Part shown: positions 44,882 through 53,843 of the stretch, piece by piece | Layout of the letters: the number at the start of each line of letters is the position of its first letter | Numbering within the stretch: the first letter of the stretch is position 1 | Assembly (NCBI GenBank): GCA_021818905.1 | Contig: JAKASS010000001.1 | Span: 15,648 to 79,647 of the forward strand | DNA length: 64,000 nt | Source of the DNA: Nanobdellota archaeon | Lineage (GTDB): Archaea > Nanobdellota > Nanobdellia > Parvarchaeales > Parvarchaeaceae | Direction: 5' to 3' | Translations under genes and position numbers: made by a program | Notes under the pieces: generated by a model | The model's input: the letters and a program-made list of their open reading frames with translations, nothing else | Database searches by the model: none | Told to the model about the DNA's origin: nothing

Positions 44882-46597
44882 CTAAAATAAAGGATTGTCA
44901 AAATTCGAAAGCGGACTCAATAATCTTTTCCTTCTCTTGAATTCCTCATAAATCAAGGAAGCGTCTTGGTTTGCTCTGAAAAGGCCTACCGCTATCGCGT
45001 CTTTCGTTCCAAGCCCCTTATACCTCCTGTGGCTTACTTCTATTTCGTATAGATCTGGGTCAAACGCCCTTTTTTCGCCGGTGCCTACTGCAAGTGACAA
45101 TGATTTGTTTATGCCGACGAGATCGTCCTTGAAAGACTGGTATATGTCGAAAAGTGCATAGTTAGAAGCCGGCTTCGCCTTGACATCTTTCTTTTCCGCC
45201 TCGGCTATATATCTATCCAGATCTTTCTTTATCACGTTCAATGAAGATACCGAGACCTGGTCCAGACTCTGAAAAACCGTTTTGTTTACGTATGTTTCTA
45301 GTGCTTTTTTGAAAAGGTACCATTCATCCAGTGTAAAGCAGAAAGGCTTTAATTTTATCCCAAGTGTTCCTGTGTACTGCGTTCTGTCCTGAGGTACCCC
45401 CTTAGGGAAGAACTGCTTCTCTGTAAAACTGAACGAAGTTTCTACCGCTGCTACGACCTTTGGACCGTGCTTCTTTAAACTTGTATACAAAAACGACCTG
45501 TTGCCTTCCCTAGGCCCTTCTGTAAGCAGCTTACCCAAAGGCGTTACTACGGAAGGCAGTTCTGGTCCTTTTACACCAAATGCTCTTTTGTACTCTACCT
45601 CGTACTCACGCCTATACATCGGTTTTGCCGCCATTAATTCTACCGAAAATTCGGCTGTCTCCATTATGTCGGGTCTTTTAGATGCATTAAGGTAGTCATT
45701 AGCGTTTGTAATCCCCTTGAGATTTATCCTGTTAAGTATGCTCAAAGATTCGGCAGCCCAGTTTTTATACATCTCATACGCGGCGGCCTGGCTCTTCAGG
45801 TATTGGAGAAGCATGTCCCTTCTGTTGCTAAGGTCTCCCTTGCTTATCTTTTTCCATTCTTCGTATTCTAAAAATCTGTTCCTAAGTATGTTCTTGTACT
45901 GCTCATTCTTTTGCATGGACTCTATGTCCTTCAGGCTATTGATAGGATAGAATACCGCCACTAGGTCTATAAAGCCGGCACCACCCTGTCCTTGCGTCGG
46001 TGCCCTTGACAATGCACTTAGACTTGCGCCGCCTTTTCTTGCATCAACGTTATCGATAAAAATCCTTTTTAACGCGAGGTCGGCTGCGCGCTTCTTTTGA
46101 GGATCGCTCGATTCTGCCAGTTTATAAAAAGAGTAGTTTCTATCAAGCTCTTTGAGCTCGTAAGTTATCGAGATTATTGATTTTACGACGGTGTTAACGC
46201 TGCCCAAAAGCTGCATTGCTCTATCTTCCAGCGCCTTTCTCTTCTCAAAAGCCATAGTCATAAGGTTAGAAAGCGCGGCTGGATCGACTGATTCCGCGGT
46301 TTTTAATTTGTCATTATACCCAAGCGCCTTTAGCTCCTGATTTATCATTTTGTATTCGGATTGGAACTGGTATGCGCCTTCTACGTCTAGCGAAAGAAAA
46401 AATCCTTCTTGGTTCCCAAGCAGACCTATATCGGGCCGGTTTATCCTCTTAGCGTATCTTAACTCTGACAGCTCCCCTCGGTAGCGACTATTCAAGCCTG
46501 CCGCCCTCAGTTTTAGCTCTTCTATCCAGTTTTTTGCCTCTCTAGGGCTTGATGCGGCTATTATTTTCTGGTATCTCCCGATCTCAGCCAAGTTCAT
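44882..46597 (-). CDS. 571-aa soluble protein of unknown function
   Basis: Long uninterrupted ORF with no TM, no P-loop and no motif I recognise. First gene of a tightly coupled five-gene string. Confidence 0.6.
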   Translation of the reverse strand: MNLAEIGRYQKIIAASSPREAKNWIEELKLRAAGLNSRYRGELSELRYAKRINRPDIGLLGNQEGFFLSLDVEGAYQFQSEYKMINQELKALGYNDKLKTAESVDPAALSNLMTMAFEKRKALEDRAMQLLGSVNTVVKSIISITYELKELDRNYSFYKLAESSDPQKKRAADLALKRIFIDNVDARKGGASLSALSRAPTQGQGGAGFIDLVAVFYPINSLKDIESMQKNEQYKNILRNRFLEYEEWKKISKGDLSNRRDMLLQYLKSQAAAYEMYKNWAAESLSILNRINLKGITNANDYLNASKRPDIMETAEFSVELMAAKPMYRREYEVEYKRAFGVKGPELPSVVTPLGKLLTEGPREGNRSFLYTSLKKHGPKVVAAVETSFSFTEKQFFPKGVPQDRTQYTGTLGIKLKPFCFTLDEWYLFKKALETYVNKTVFQSLDQVSVSSLNVIKKDLDRYIAEAEKKDVKAKPASNYALFDIYQSFKDDLVGINKSLSLAVGTGEKRAFDPDLYEIEVSHRRYKGLGTKDAIAVGLFRANQDASLIYEEFKRRKRLLSPLSNFDNPLF

Positions 46598-46723
46598 ATT
46601 ATCTTATTTGATGAGAAGATATATATAAACTGCTAAAAAGCTGTTTATCTAAAATCGTTTTGAAATGTTTATAAGTGATTATAAATATAGATTTGAATAG
46701 ATTGATAATTTTGGAGGTAAACT

Positions 46724-47812
46724 ATGCATCAGACTGAAAACAATAATCCAATCGAAGCTGCGCTTAACAGACTTTTCTCGACTATAGACGCCCTATCCGC
46801 TAAAATCGACGAATTGAACGAGCGGGTGGATTACATGGGGTCATTCGTAGGTCTAGAAGTAGGCGAGGAAGGAAAAACCGAACACATAGAACCGCCAGGA
46901 CAGCTAGCTGGTTTGTCTTTTGACGTCCTTAATAAACTTCTTCCCGCAAAAGACGCCAACAGCGTAAGGTCCTACTTTTTAAGGGTTTTGAGCCTTTTTA
47001 GAAAATACATAAAAGCTATAATAGTATTCGGTAGTTCCAAGACAAAAACTGGCATGACCAGTACCTCGGATATAGACGTGGCATTCATAGTCGACGATAC
47101 CGACATCCAGAAATTTACATTGGAACAGCTTAAGGACAGACTTTTTACTAAAATGGCAGAGATTGCAAGGGATTTCTCCGATAAAATACACGCACAAGCA
47201 TATCCTCTATCCGAATTTTGGGCATCGATAATAAAACCGAATCCGGTCATTTTAACGCTTCTTAGAGACGGCGTCGCAGTGTATGACACTGGTTATTTCG
47301 TCCCGATACAGATGCTTTACAAGACGGGGAATATAATCCCGACAAAAGAATCGATAGACTCCAACATCGAAAACGCAGAGGGTCTAATAATGCTCGCGGA
47401 AAACGTGCTTACAAACAAACTTTCACTTGACCTTTACAACGCTATCGTAGCTGCTGGACAGGCTTTACTTATGGAGTACGGATACTTACCTCCGGTGCCA
47501 AAGGAAGTTGGAAAAGATCTTCTTGCGATTGCTGTAGAGAAAGAAAAAGTGCTTACAAGAGAGGATGTTGAAAGAGTGGAAGACGTTGTAAAATGGTTCA
47601 AGAAAATAGACCATGGTGAACTTAAGAGCGTAACCGGCGATGAATTCTCGAAAAAGCAAAAAGAGACAAAAGAAGTTGTCGACAAAGTTTTAGGCATAAT
47701 AGAACGGCTAAGGGAAAAGAAAGGGCTGCCAAAGCCGGCTGTAGACAAAGATTTATTAAGACCTACAGATACTAATGTTGATAATAAATACCTGAAGCCC
47801 ACACCACAATAA
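46724..47812 (+). CDS. minimal nucleotidyltransferase-domain protein with coiled-coil N-terminus and HEPN-like C-terminus
   Basis: VFGSSKTKTG...SDIDVAFIVDD (GS...DxD pol-beta-type NTase). All-helical C-terminal half. GGAGGT sits 7 nt upstream of the ATG. Confidence 0.6.
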   Translation: MHQTENNNPIEAALNRLFSTIDALSAKIDELNERVDYMGSFVGLEVGEEGKTEHIEPPGQLAGLSFDVLNKLLPAKDANSVRSYFLRVLSLFRKYIKAIIVFGSSKTKTGMTSTSDIDVAFIVDDTDIQKFTLEQLKDRLFTKMAEIARDFSDKIHAQAYPLSEFWASIIKPNPVILTLLRDGVAVYDTGYFVPIQMLYKTGNIIPTKESIDSNIENAEGLIMLAENVLTNKLSLDLYNAIVAAGQALLMEYGYLPPVPKEVGKDLLAIAVEKEKVLTREDVERVEDVVKWFKKIDHGELKSVTGDEFSKKQKETKEVVDKVLGIIERLREKKGLPKPAVDKDLLRPTDTNVDNKYLKPTPQ

Positions 47813-47815
47813 AAT

Positions 47816-48070
47816 ATGTCTATAAAAATAGTTTCTTTTAGGAGAGGTAGGAAGACGCAAAACCTGCACCAAGCAGTCCTGAGGCTAGACAACGTCAAAA
47901 ATAGAGAAGGGGCGAAAAGCTATATCGGCAAAAAAGTCGAGGTGACTTTCTCAAAGAATTCGATAAAAGGCGTCATAACGCGAGTCCACGGCGACAATGG
48001 CAGGGTGGTCGCAAGGTTTAGAAGGGGCTTGCCTGGGCAGGCGATAACAAAAGAAGTTAAATCACCCTAA
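47816..48070 (+). CDS. rpl35ae: 50S ribosomal protein L35Ae
   Basis: 84 aa. GKKVEV...GVITRVHGDNGRVVARFRRGLPGQAI. Confidence 0.85.
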   Translation: MSIKIVSFRRGRKTQNLHQAVLRLDNVKNREGAKSYIGKKVEVTFSKNSIKGVITRVHGDNGRVVARFRRGLPGQAITKEVKSP

Positions 48071-49104
48071 ATTTTTGTATTCCTCTGCTAATTTCTTGAA
48101 GTCCTGATCGTATCTAAAACCTTTTTCGTTAAGTACCGTTCTCGTACCAAAAGAATCAATCCTTTTCTCCCTCACCGCTAAATACGATGCAAGTTCTGTA
48201 GTGGTGTAATAGGATACGCTGTCCTTTTCCTGCTTAAGCATGCTAAGGTATTTTTTAATTTCTTCGTCCTTAGCCAGGACAAGCATCCTGCTTACAAGGC
48301 CCCTATCAAATAGTCTGTCGAGCCATAATGGCCCTATCTCAATGTTTTTTGATCCGCAGAACGAACATGTCTCAGAAAACTTCATGACCCTGTTAGGACA
48401 CTTAGAACACTGGTAAATGTAACCTATGCTTCTTGTCGTATTCGCCTTCGACACGTGAAGATAAATCCTAACGTAATGGCGCCTAACATCAAAGAACATC
48501 GGTTTAACTGACCTCTCGTAAAGGTTCGCTATCTCTTCTGCGCGTTTTATCAATATCCTTAAACCTATCTCATTGAAATAACTCGTCTTCAGCGACCTCG
48601 CGCCATATTTCAACAAACATGCTTTTTTCGCTTTGCCATAAAGCGCAGCCGTGTCTGTTGCAGTAAGCGCTAGAAGTCCGCCGCGCTTCACTTTTGGCAT
48701 CGCTTGCAGTGCATATCTTATAGGCGAACCAAATGGGTCTATGTCAACGTAGTCATATCCCTCTTGGGCAGAGTAAATGTCCGATGCATTTAATGAAGTA
48801 ACCGTTATCTTAGCTTTGATTTTACTCCTGTTCTTTAATACGTTTTTCTTTATTACCTTACTGGTGTTTAGGTCGTTTATTGCGAACGACTTAAAAGCCT
48901 TGGTTTCGGCAACTAGCCTCAAGCTCCGTATACCACTGCCCCCAAAAAGATCGATTCCTTTAAGATCGTGTGCGCCGAGCGCATTGAAAAGTAAAACGTT
49001 TAGGTCTCTATCAAAATTTCTGGATGGATTAAAAAAACCTCAGAGTCCCTAGTTTGTTTATTCTCAGCGTAAAAATTTATGGCCCCTTCCTGGAATAACT
49101 CCAT
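48062..49104 (-). pseudogene. trm1: tRNA (guanine26-N2)-dimethyltransferase Trm1 with a frameshift in a T7/A7 run
   Basis: MELFQEGAINFYAENKQTRDSEV runs into a stop. The frame shifted by one continues FFNPSRNFDRDLNV...DLFGGSGIRSLRLVAE into ORF 48062..48922 (DIDPFGSPIRY, C-terminal Cys cluster). The run is at 49031..49037. Confidence 0.75.
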
Positions 49105-49111
49105 GTAAAAT

Positions 49112-49603
49112 TCACTTATATGGTGCTGATAAACGTTTCAAAGACTCTTCTGTCGTTGGAATGCCGTATAACGCCCTTTCTTCGTCTGTAGTTGCTGGAT
49201 CAATTGGCGTGGCTAACTCAAACTTGCCATCTTTATTTCTGACAAACTGAGTGCCCAACTTTTGAGGCTTGCCATCGTGTACAAATATCCTATCATAAGA
49301 CGCCGCATAAAGCCATCTCACCATTTGTAAATCTTTGTCGCCGTTATCGAGTCTCGCAATGGCATACCTACAAAGTTCATTTGCTGCTATGACGTATTTG
49401 TTTTCTATGTCGTGATGTAGTAGGATTGCTACGTGAAATGCGTCTCGTGGATCTATTAACTCGTTGTCTGTGCACAGCTTCGGGGCTGTGTCTGATATTC
49501 TTTTGCACTCCTGACAGCCCCCTTGAGTCTTTGCCGCCCGGTCCTTCCAGTGGGTGTTGTAAGAGCTTAGAAATGTCTCTAACCTCGAGATCAGGCCCGT
49601 CAT
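49112..49603 (-). CDS. hypothetical protein
   Basis: 163 aa with no confident motif match. Confidence 0.45.
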   Translation of the reverse strand: MTGLISRLETFLSSYNTHWKDRAAKTQGGCQECKRISDTAPKLCTDNELIDPRDAFHVAILLHHDIENKYVIAANELCRYAIARLDNGDKDLQMVRWLYAASYDRIFVHDGKPQKLGTQFVRNKDGKFELATPIDPATTDEERALYGIPTTEESLKRLSAPYK

Positions 49604-49607
49604 GCGA

Positions 49608-50531
49608 CTATTCCTCTATCTTGAATCTCTCTCTTAAGTTTAGAGCCTGATAAAGTTCCTTGTAGCGGTTTCTTATTGTTACCTCTGTTATTCCCGCTGC
49701 CTTTGCTGCATCGCGCTGTGTCTTTTTCTCCTTGTTTATTAAAGTCGCAACATAAAGGACCGCGGCTGCGATCCCCATCGGGCCTTTACCGCTTGTAAGC
49801 CCCCTTTCCTCCGCTTCTTTTAATAGCTTTACGGAATCGGCTACGGTCTTATTCGACACCTTAAGTTCTGCTGCAAATTTGTAAATGTAATCGTTTGGGG
49901 ATGTAGGCAATATCTTTATCCCTAATTCTCTGCATAGAAGGCGATACGCCTTTCCTACTTCTTTTCTTTCTACGTTAAATGTTTCAGATATCTCGTCCAA
50001 TGTTATCGGTCGCTGGTATTTTCTAGCTGCCGCGTACAATGCACCTGCTATTACGCTCTCCATTGACCTGCCCCTTACAAGTCTTCGACTTATAGCTTCC
50101 CTATACATCTTTGCAGCTTCTTCTTGTATAACGTTAGAGACATGAAGCCTGTTGCTTGCGTGTCTTAATTCTGTAAGCGCAAATTTTAGGTTTCTTTCGA
50201 ATGCGGTAGAAATCCTTGGCTGCCATTTTCGGAGTTTATAGAAAGTGCGCCTGTTTGAATTTGAAAGTTTTATAGATTCACTGGCCTTCCCTATTACAGT
50301 ACTTGTACCTTTGTCGTATTTTGCGTAGCTCAGAGGAGAACCCATTCTTCCCTTGCCTTCGTCCCTCTCGTCTTCGAATGAACGCCATTCTCGGCCGTAG
50401 TCAATCATGTCGCTCTCTAGAACATAACCGCATTTCTGGCATACCGATTCGCCCGTAGATTTATCGTAAAATACAGAATTGCTGCCGCAAGACGGGCATT
50501 TCGCTGTTGATTTACTTGTAATTACCTTCAT
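49608..50531 (-). CDS. tfb: transcription initiation factor TFB
   Basis: N-terminal Zn ribbon CPSCGS...CQKCG, B-reader/linker, two cyclin-fold repeats. Confidence 0.9.
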   Translation of the reverse strand: MKVITSKSTAKCPSCGSNSVFYDKSTGESVCQKCGYVLESDMIDYGREWRSFEDERDEGKGRMGSPLSYAKYDKGTSTVIGKASESIKLSNSNRRTFYKLRKWQPRISTAFERNLKFALTELRHASNRLHVSNVIQEEAAKMYREAISRRLVRGRSMESVIAGALYAAARKYQRPITLDEISETFNVERKEVGKAYRLLCRELGIKILPTSPNDYIYKFAAELKVSNKTVADSVKLLKEAEERGLTSGKGPMGIAAAVLYVATLINKEKKTQRDAAKAAGITEVTIRNRYKELYQALNLRERFKIEE

Positions 50532-50581
50532 AGTAAGATTTATATAGGGTATATTGATTGAAATGAGTATATAAAGCTATC

Positions 50582-50590
50582 ATTTTTGTG
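50582..50590. repeat. ATTTTTGTG, copy 1 (left target-site duplication of IS 50591..51714)
   Basis: Exact 9-mer abutting the IS end. Confidence 0.8.
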
Positions 50591-51714
50591 TATTCGGTTG
50601 CATAACTCATTAATAGAATAGCCGTATCTACAAGGATATGGCTTCTAACAAGCTAAAAAAAGGATCTTTGTGGAGGAGATCCTTCAAACCAGGTGAAAAA
50701 CATGGAAAAGAAGGACTGCCTCCAACGAAGATCTGAGACGGTCATAGCTAAAATAGATTGCGTTTTGCATAAAGAACCGCAAAGACTTACCGTGATGAAT
50801 AAAGGAAAGGAAGGAAGACCATTCCTTTATTCGGACGACCTGATAATGGCGATAAGCTTCTTCAGGTTCTATTTCTGCCCAAAACTAAGGCAGACTGAAG
50901 CCCTGGTTCGGAGGATCTACGGCTACTCTCCCGACCATACCACTATAGACAGAAGGTTATCCACGATAAGACTCGAATGGACGGTCACTAAAAGCGAAAG
51001 GAAAGGCAGGCTCCTTGCTATAGACGCCACGGGGATATCGGTCTCCGATCGCGGAGGATACATGGACGCCAGATACGGTTCAAAGCCGAAGTTCCACAAG
51101 CTGCATGCGGTAGTAGATGTGGAGGACATGATAGTGGTAGCCTTCAGGCTGACTTCCGAACACGTGGCCGACAACAGGAAGTTTCTTCCCGCCATCAGGG
51201 AAGCCGCAAGAAGGGGCGATACCGTCTATGCCGACGGAGCTTATGATGCGAAGGAGAACTTCTCTTTTCTTGAGAAGAGAGGGATAAGGTCTGGGATAAA
51301 GATAAGACAGACCGCCTCTCCCACCGCCCCGGGCTGTCTTCCGAGGAAGAAGGCGGTGATGGAGCAGTTCTCCTTCCTGCCCCATTCCCACTTAGAAAAG
51401 ATACATCCGTTGGCGGAGAAAGGCGTTATGTTCTTCAATGAGACTGAAAGGATGAAATACTGGCAGCAGAAATGGAAGGACAAGGTAGGATACGGGAGAA
51501 GATGGCTCGTCGAATCCTTCTTCTCCGCCTTCAAACGGGTATACGGGAGCCACGCTTCTTCCCGCGTATGGAAGAAGGTGAAGAACGAGATGACCCTGAA
51601 GCTGCTGTTGTATAACGAATTGCTGGAGGCCTGACGCAGACGCGTCGACGGCGCAAAGAAAGGAGGATCGCTATGATGATTTATAAGGTCATCACTGAGT
51701 TATGCAACGGAATA
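50591..51714 (+). mobile_element. 1124-bp IS4/IS5-superfamily insertion sequence
   Basis: 19-bp TIRs TATTCGGTTGCATAACTCA / TGAGTTATGCAACGGAATA (1 mismatch), flanked by ATTTTTGTG on both sides. Confidence 0.85.
50693..51634 (+). CDS. DDE transposase (IS4/IS5 superfamily)
   Basis: IDATG, YADGAYDAKEN, YGRRWLVESFFSAFK (Y-x2-R-x3-E-x6-K). Confidence 0.85.
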   Translation: MKNMEKKDCLQRRSETVIAKIDCVLHKEPQRLTVMNKGKEGRPFLYSDDLIMAISFFRFYFCPKLRQTEALVRRIYGYSPDHTTIDRRLSTIRLEWTVTKSERKGRLLAIDATGISVSDRGGYMDARYGSKPKFHKLHAVVDVEDMIVVAFRLTSEHVADNRKFLPAIREAARRGDTVYADGAYDAKENFSFLEKRGIRSGIKIRQTASPTAPGCLPRKKAVMEQFSFLPHSHLEKIHPLAEKGVMFFNETERMKYWQQKWKDKVGYGRRWLVESFFSAFKRVYGSHASSRVWKKVKNEMTLKLLLYNELLEA

Positions 51715-51723
51715 ATTTTTGTG
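51715..51723. repeat. ATTTTTGTG, copy 2 (shared junction between the two tandem IS)
   Basis: Exact 9-mer between the right TIR of the first IS and the left TIR of the second. Confidence 0.8.
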
Positions 51724-52854
51724 AGGCTGTTGCATAATTCGATTGCAGAAAGCTCAGGATAAGCGATAAATCAGACAAATGCCTCCTGTTTTTTATTGAA
51801 GAAACAAAAAAGGAGGCATTTATGGATAAACAAGCATCGACGGGATTTAAAGACTTAGTACAGAGGAAACTTCAGTCCGTAGTGGACGAACTGAAGAAAG
51901 TAGTCGGAAACGGCGCCATAGGACTCTTAAAGACGGACAAGGGAAAGATAGGAAGGCCGTATAGATATTCTGAGACGGAGATCGTCAATGCAAGCGCTTT
52001 CAAGTCCCTCATGAGACAGGGATCCAGGCAGACGGCAGTCCTGATAAAGGGCCTGGCCGGAAGCTGCGCTTCTTATTCGCAGCTTTGCAGAAGGCTTGCT
52101 TCTGCAGGGATAAAATGGCTCATAAACGGGACTAAGAGAAAGGGAAGGTATCTAGCCATCGACGGCACCGGGATATCTACACACTACCGAGGGGACTACA
52201 GAAGCAGCAAATATGACATAAGACAGCCGTTCTACAAGTTCCATGCGCTGGAGGACGCGGAGACCGGGGAGCCGGTGAACTACAGGCTCACCTCCGATCG
52301 CATAGGCGACAACGGGAAGTTCCTTGCCATTGTCAGGGAAGCCGCAAGAAGGGGCGACATCGTCTACGCCGACGGAGCCTACGATGCGAAGGATAACTTC
52401 TCTTTCCTGGAAAAGAGAGGGATAAGGTCTGGGATAAAGATAAGACAGACCGCTTCTCCCACTGCTCCAGGCTGTCTTCCGAGGAAGAAAGCAGTGATGG
52501 AGCAGTTCAGCCTGCTTCCCCACGGTCATCTTGAGAGGAAGCATCCTCTGGCGGAGAAAGGAAGGATGTTCTTCAGCGAGACGGAAAGGATGAAGTACTG
52601 GCAGCAGAGATGGAAGGATAAGGTAGGATACGGGAGAAGGACTTCCGTGGAGAGGTCCTATTCTACCTTCAAGGCATTGTTCGGAGGATATGCCTCTTCT
52701 AGAAAATGGAAGAGCCTGAGAAAGGAGATGCTTATCAAGTGCCTGACGTACAATAAGCTTCTCGAGATAAGGTAAAGGACCGGATCGGCCACGGCAAAAA
52801 GCATAGGGCGATGGCATGATCTGTAAACGGATCGGGTAATTATGCAACAGCCTC
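51724..52854 (+). mobile_element. about 1.13-kb IS related to 50591..51714
   Basis: TIRs (G)AGGCTGTTGCATAATT / AATTATGCAACAGCCTC. Flanked by ATTTTTGTG (the left boundary is ambiguous by 1 nt). Confidence 0.8.
51822..52775 (+). CDS. DDE transposase, paralogue of 50693..51634
   Basis: IDGTG, YADGAYDAKDN, YGRRTSVERSYSTFK. The central ~60 aa are near-identical to the neighbouring copy while the N-terminal halves are diverged. Confidence 0.85.
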   Translation: MDKQASTGFKDLVQRKLQSVVDELKKVVGNGAIGLLKTDKGKIGRPYRYSETEIVNASAFKSLMRQGSRQTAVLIKGLAGSCASYSQLCRRLASAGIKWLINGTKRKGRYLAIDGTGISTHYRGDYRSSKYDIRQPFYKFHALEDAETGEPVNYRLTSDRIGDNGKFLAIVREAARRGDIVYADGAYDAKDNFSFLEKRGIRSGIKIRQTASPTAPGCLPRKKAVMEQFSLLPHGHLERKHPLAEKGRMFFSETERMKYWQQRWKDKVGYGRRTSVERSYSTFKALFGGYASSRKWKSLRKEMLIKCLTYNKLLEIR

Positions 52855-52863
52855 ATTTTTGTG
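52855..52863. repeat. ATTTTTGTG, copy 3
   Basis: Exact 9-mer immediately after the right TIR of the second IS. Confidence 0.8.
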
Positions 52864-52870
52864 AGCTGTT

Positions 52871-53812
52871 GGCACTGTTACCAAATACGGTTGGTGAATG
52901 TTAATTACATCGGCTGCCATCTTTATTTAAGGTAAAAAATGGAAAACCGATGTAATTATTGTAAAAGCAGCAGTGTGGATTTAAATGGCTTTAGAAAGAC
53001 AAAAAGGAGGGGAAGCATACAGCGATACCGCTGTATGTCCTGCGGTAAGACGTTCGTGGAAAATGTCGGTTTCAGGTGGAAACACCATGCGAAACGCACC
53101 ATGATCGGCAGTATTCACCTCCATCTGATAGGATCGTCGCTTAGGGACGCTGCAAAGTTCCTTTCCGTGTCCGTAAATTCCGTGTCCAGGTGGTTCCTGG
53201 AATACGGAAAGATGATCATAGGATACGTAAAGGACATGAAGCCTTTCAGGGCGGAAAGGCTTCACATGGACGAGATGTCCGTAAAGACGCGTGGGAAGTC
53301 CTTTTACGCATGGGCTTCCATCTGCAGGGAAAGCAGGTTTGCCACGGCTTTTCTCGCTTCCGATAGGACGAAGAAGAACGCCAGACTGCCGATGAAGGAG
53401 TCTCCACCCGCCATGAACATCACCACGGACGGAGCCTTCGGATACGGATCCGTAATAAAAGACTTAAAAGGCTTGTGGTATTACCACGACCACTATCACC
53501 GCTGCGCTTCCTTCGAGGACAAGAAGGACAATGATCCCATGGAAAGACGGGACGATCCCTATCGCGCCGATACTCGCGAGCTTCGCGGCTTCAAGAAGCT
53601 CGCCACTGGAGACTTGTTCGTAAGATTATGGACGTTCTACTATGACTTCATAAGGCCGCATTCTTCCCTCGGCAGGACCCCTGCCGAAGAAGCGGGACTT
53701 GTAAAGTATTACAAAGACGATGATTGGTTCGGACGGTGGGAACGATGGGTCGAGAGAGCTTCGCTCTCTTTTTATTTGGCTTATATATCAACCGTATTTA
53801 GTAACAGCGCCC
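52871..53812 (+). mobile_element. 942-bp IS6-like insertion sequence
   Basis: 23-bp TIRs GGCACTGTTACCAAATACGGTTG / reverse complement GGCGCTGTTACTAAATACGGTTG (2 mismatches). Confidence 0.75.
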
Positions 53813-53820
53813 TTATATAG
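52939..53820 (+). CDS. DDE transposase with N-terminal zinc finger (IS6-like)
   Basis: CNYCKS...CMSCG finger, MDEMSVKTRG, TTDGAFGY, NDPMER...YYDFIRPHSSLGRTPAE. The stop lies just outside the right TIR. Confidence 0.65.
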   Translation: MENRCNYCKSSSVDLNGFRKTKRRGSIQRYRCMSCGKTFVENVGFRWKHHAKRTMIGSIHLHLIGSSLRDAAKFLSVSVNSVSRWFLEYGKMIIGYVKDMKPFRAERLHMDEMSVKTRGKSFYAWASICRESRFATAFLASDRTKKNARLPMKESPPAMNITTDGAFGYGSVIKDLKGLWYYHDHYHRCASFEDKKDNDPMERRDDPYRADTRELRGFKKLATGDLFVRLWTFYYDFIRPHSSLGRTPAEEAGLVKYYKDDDWFGRWERWVERASLSFYLAYISTVFSNSALI

Positions 53821-53843
53821 GATAATGCTTCTAATAAAGTCTT

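Noticed and set aside
46598-46723. Possible C/D-box sRNA (TGATGA at about 46611) in the divergent intergenic region; similar weak hits near 5535 and 62430
   Set aside because: No matching D box (CTGA) at a suitable distance and no terminal stem, so the motif alone is too short to support a call.
47434-47898. 154-aa minus-strand ORF
   Set aside because: It is antisense to the NTase-domain gene and the start of rpl35ae, with a Ser/Phe/Leu-rich shadow translation.
52152-52856. 234-aa minus-strand ORF (and 51080..51534 ORFs) inside the tandem IS
   Set aside because: They are antisense to clearly recognisable transposase genes. Their Arg/Pro/Leu-rich translations come from GC-richer IS DNA.
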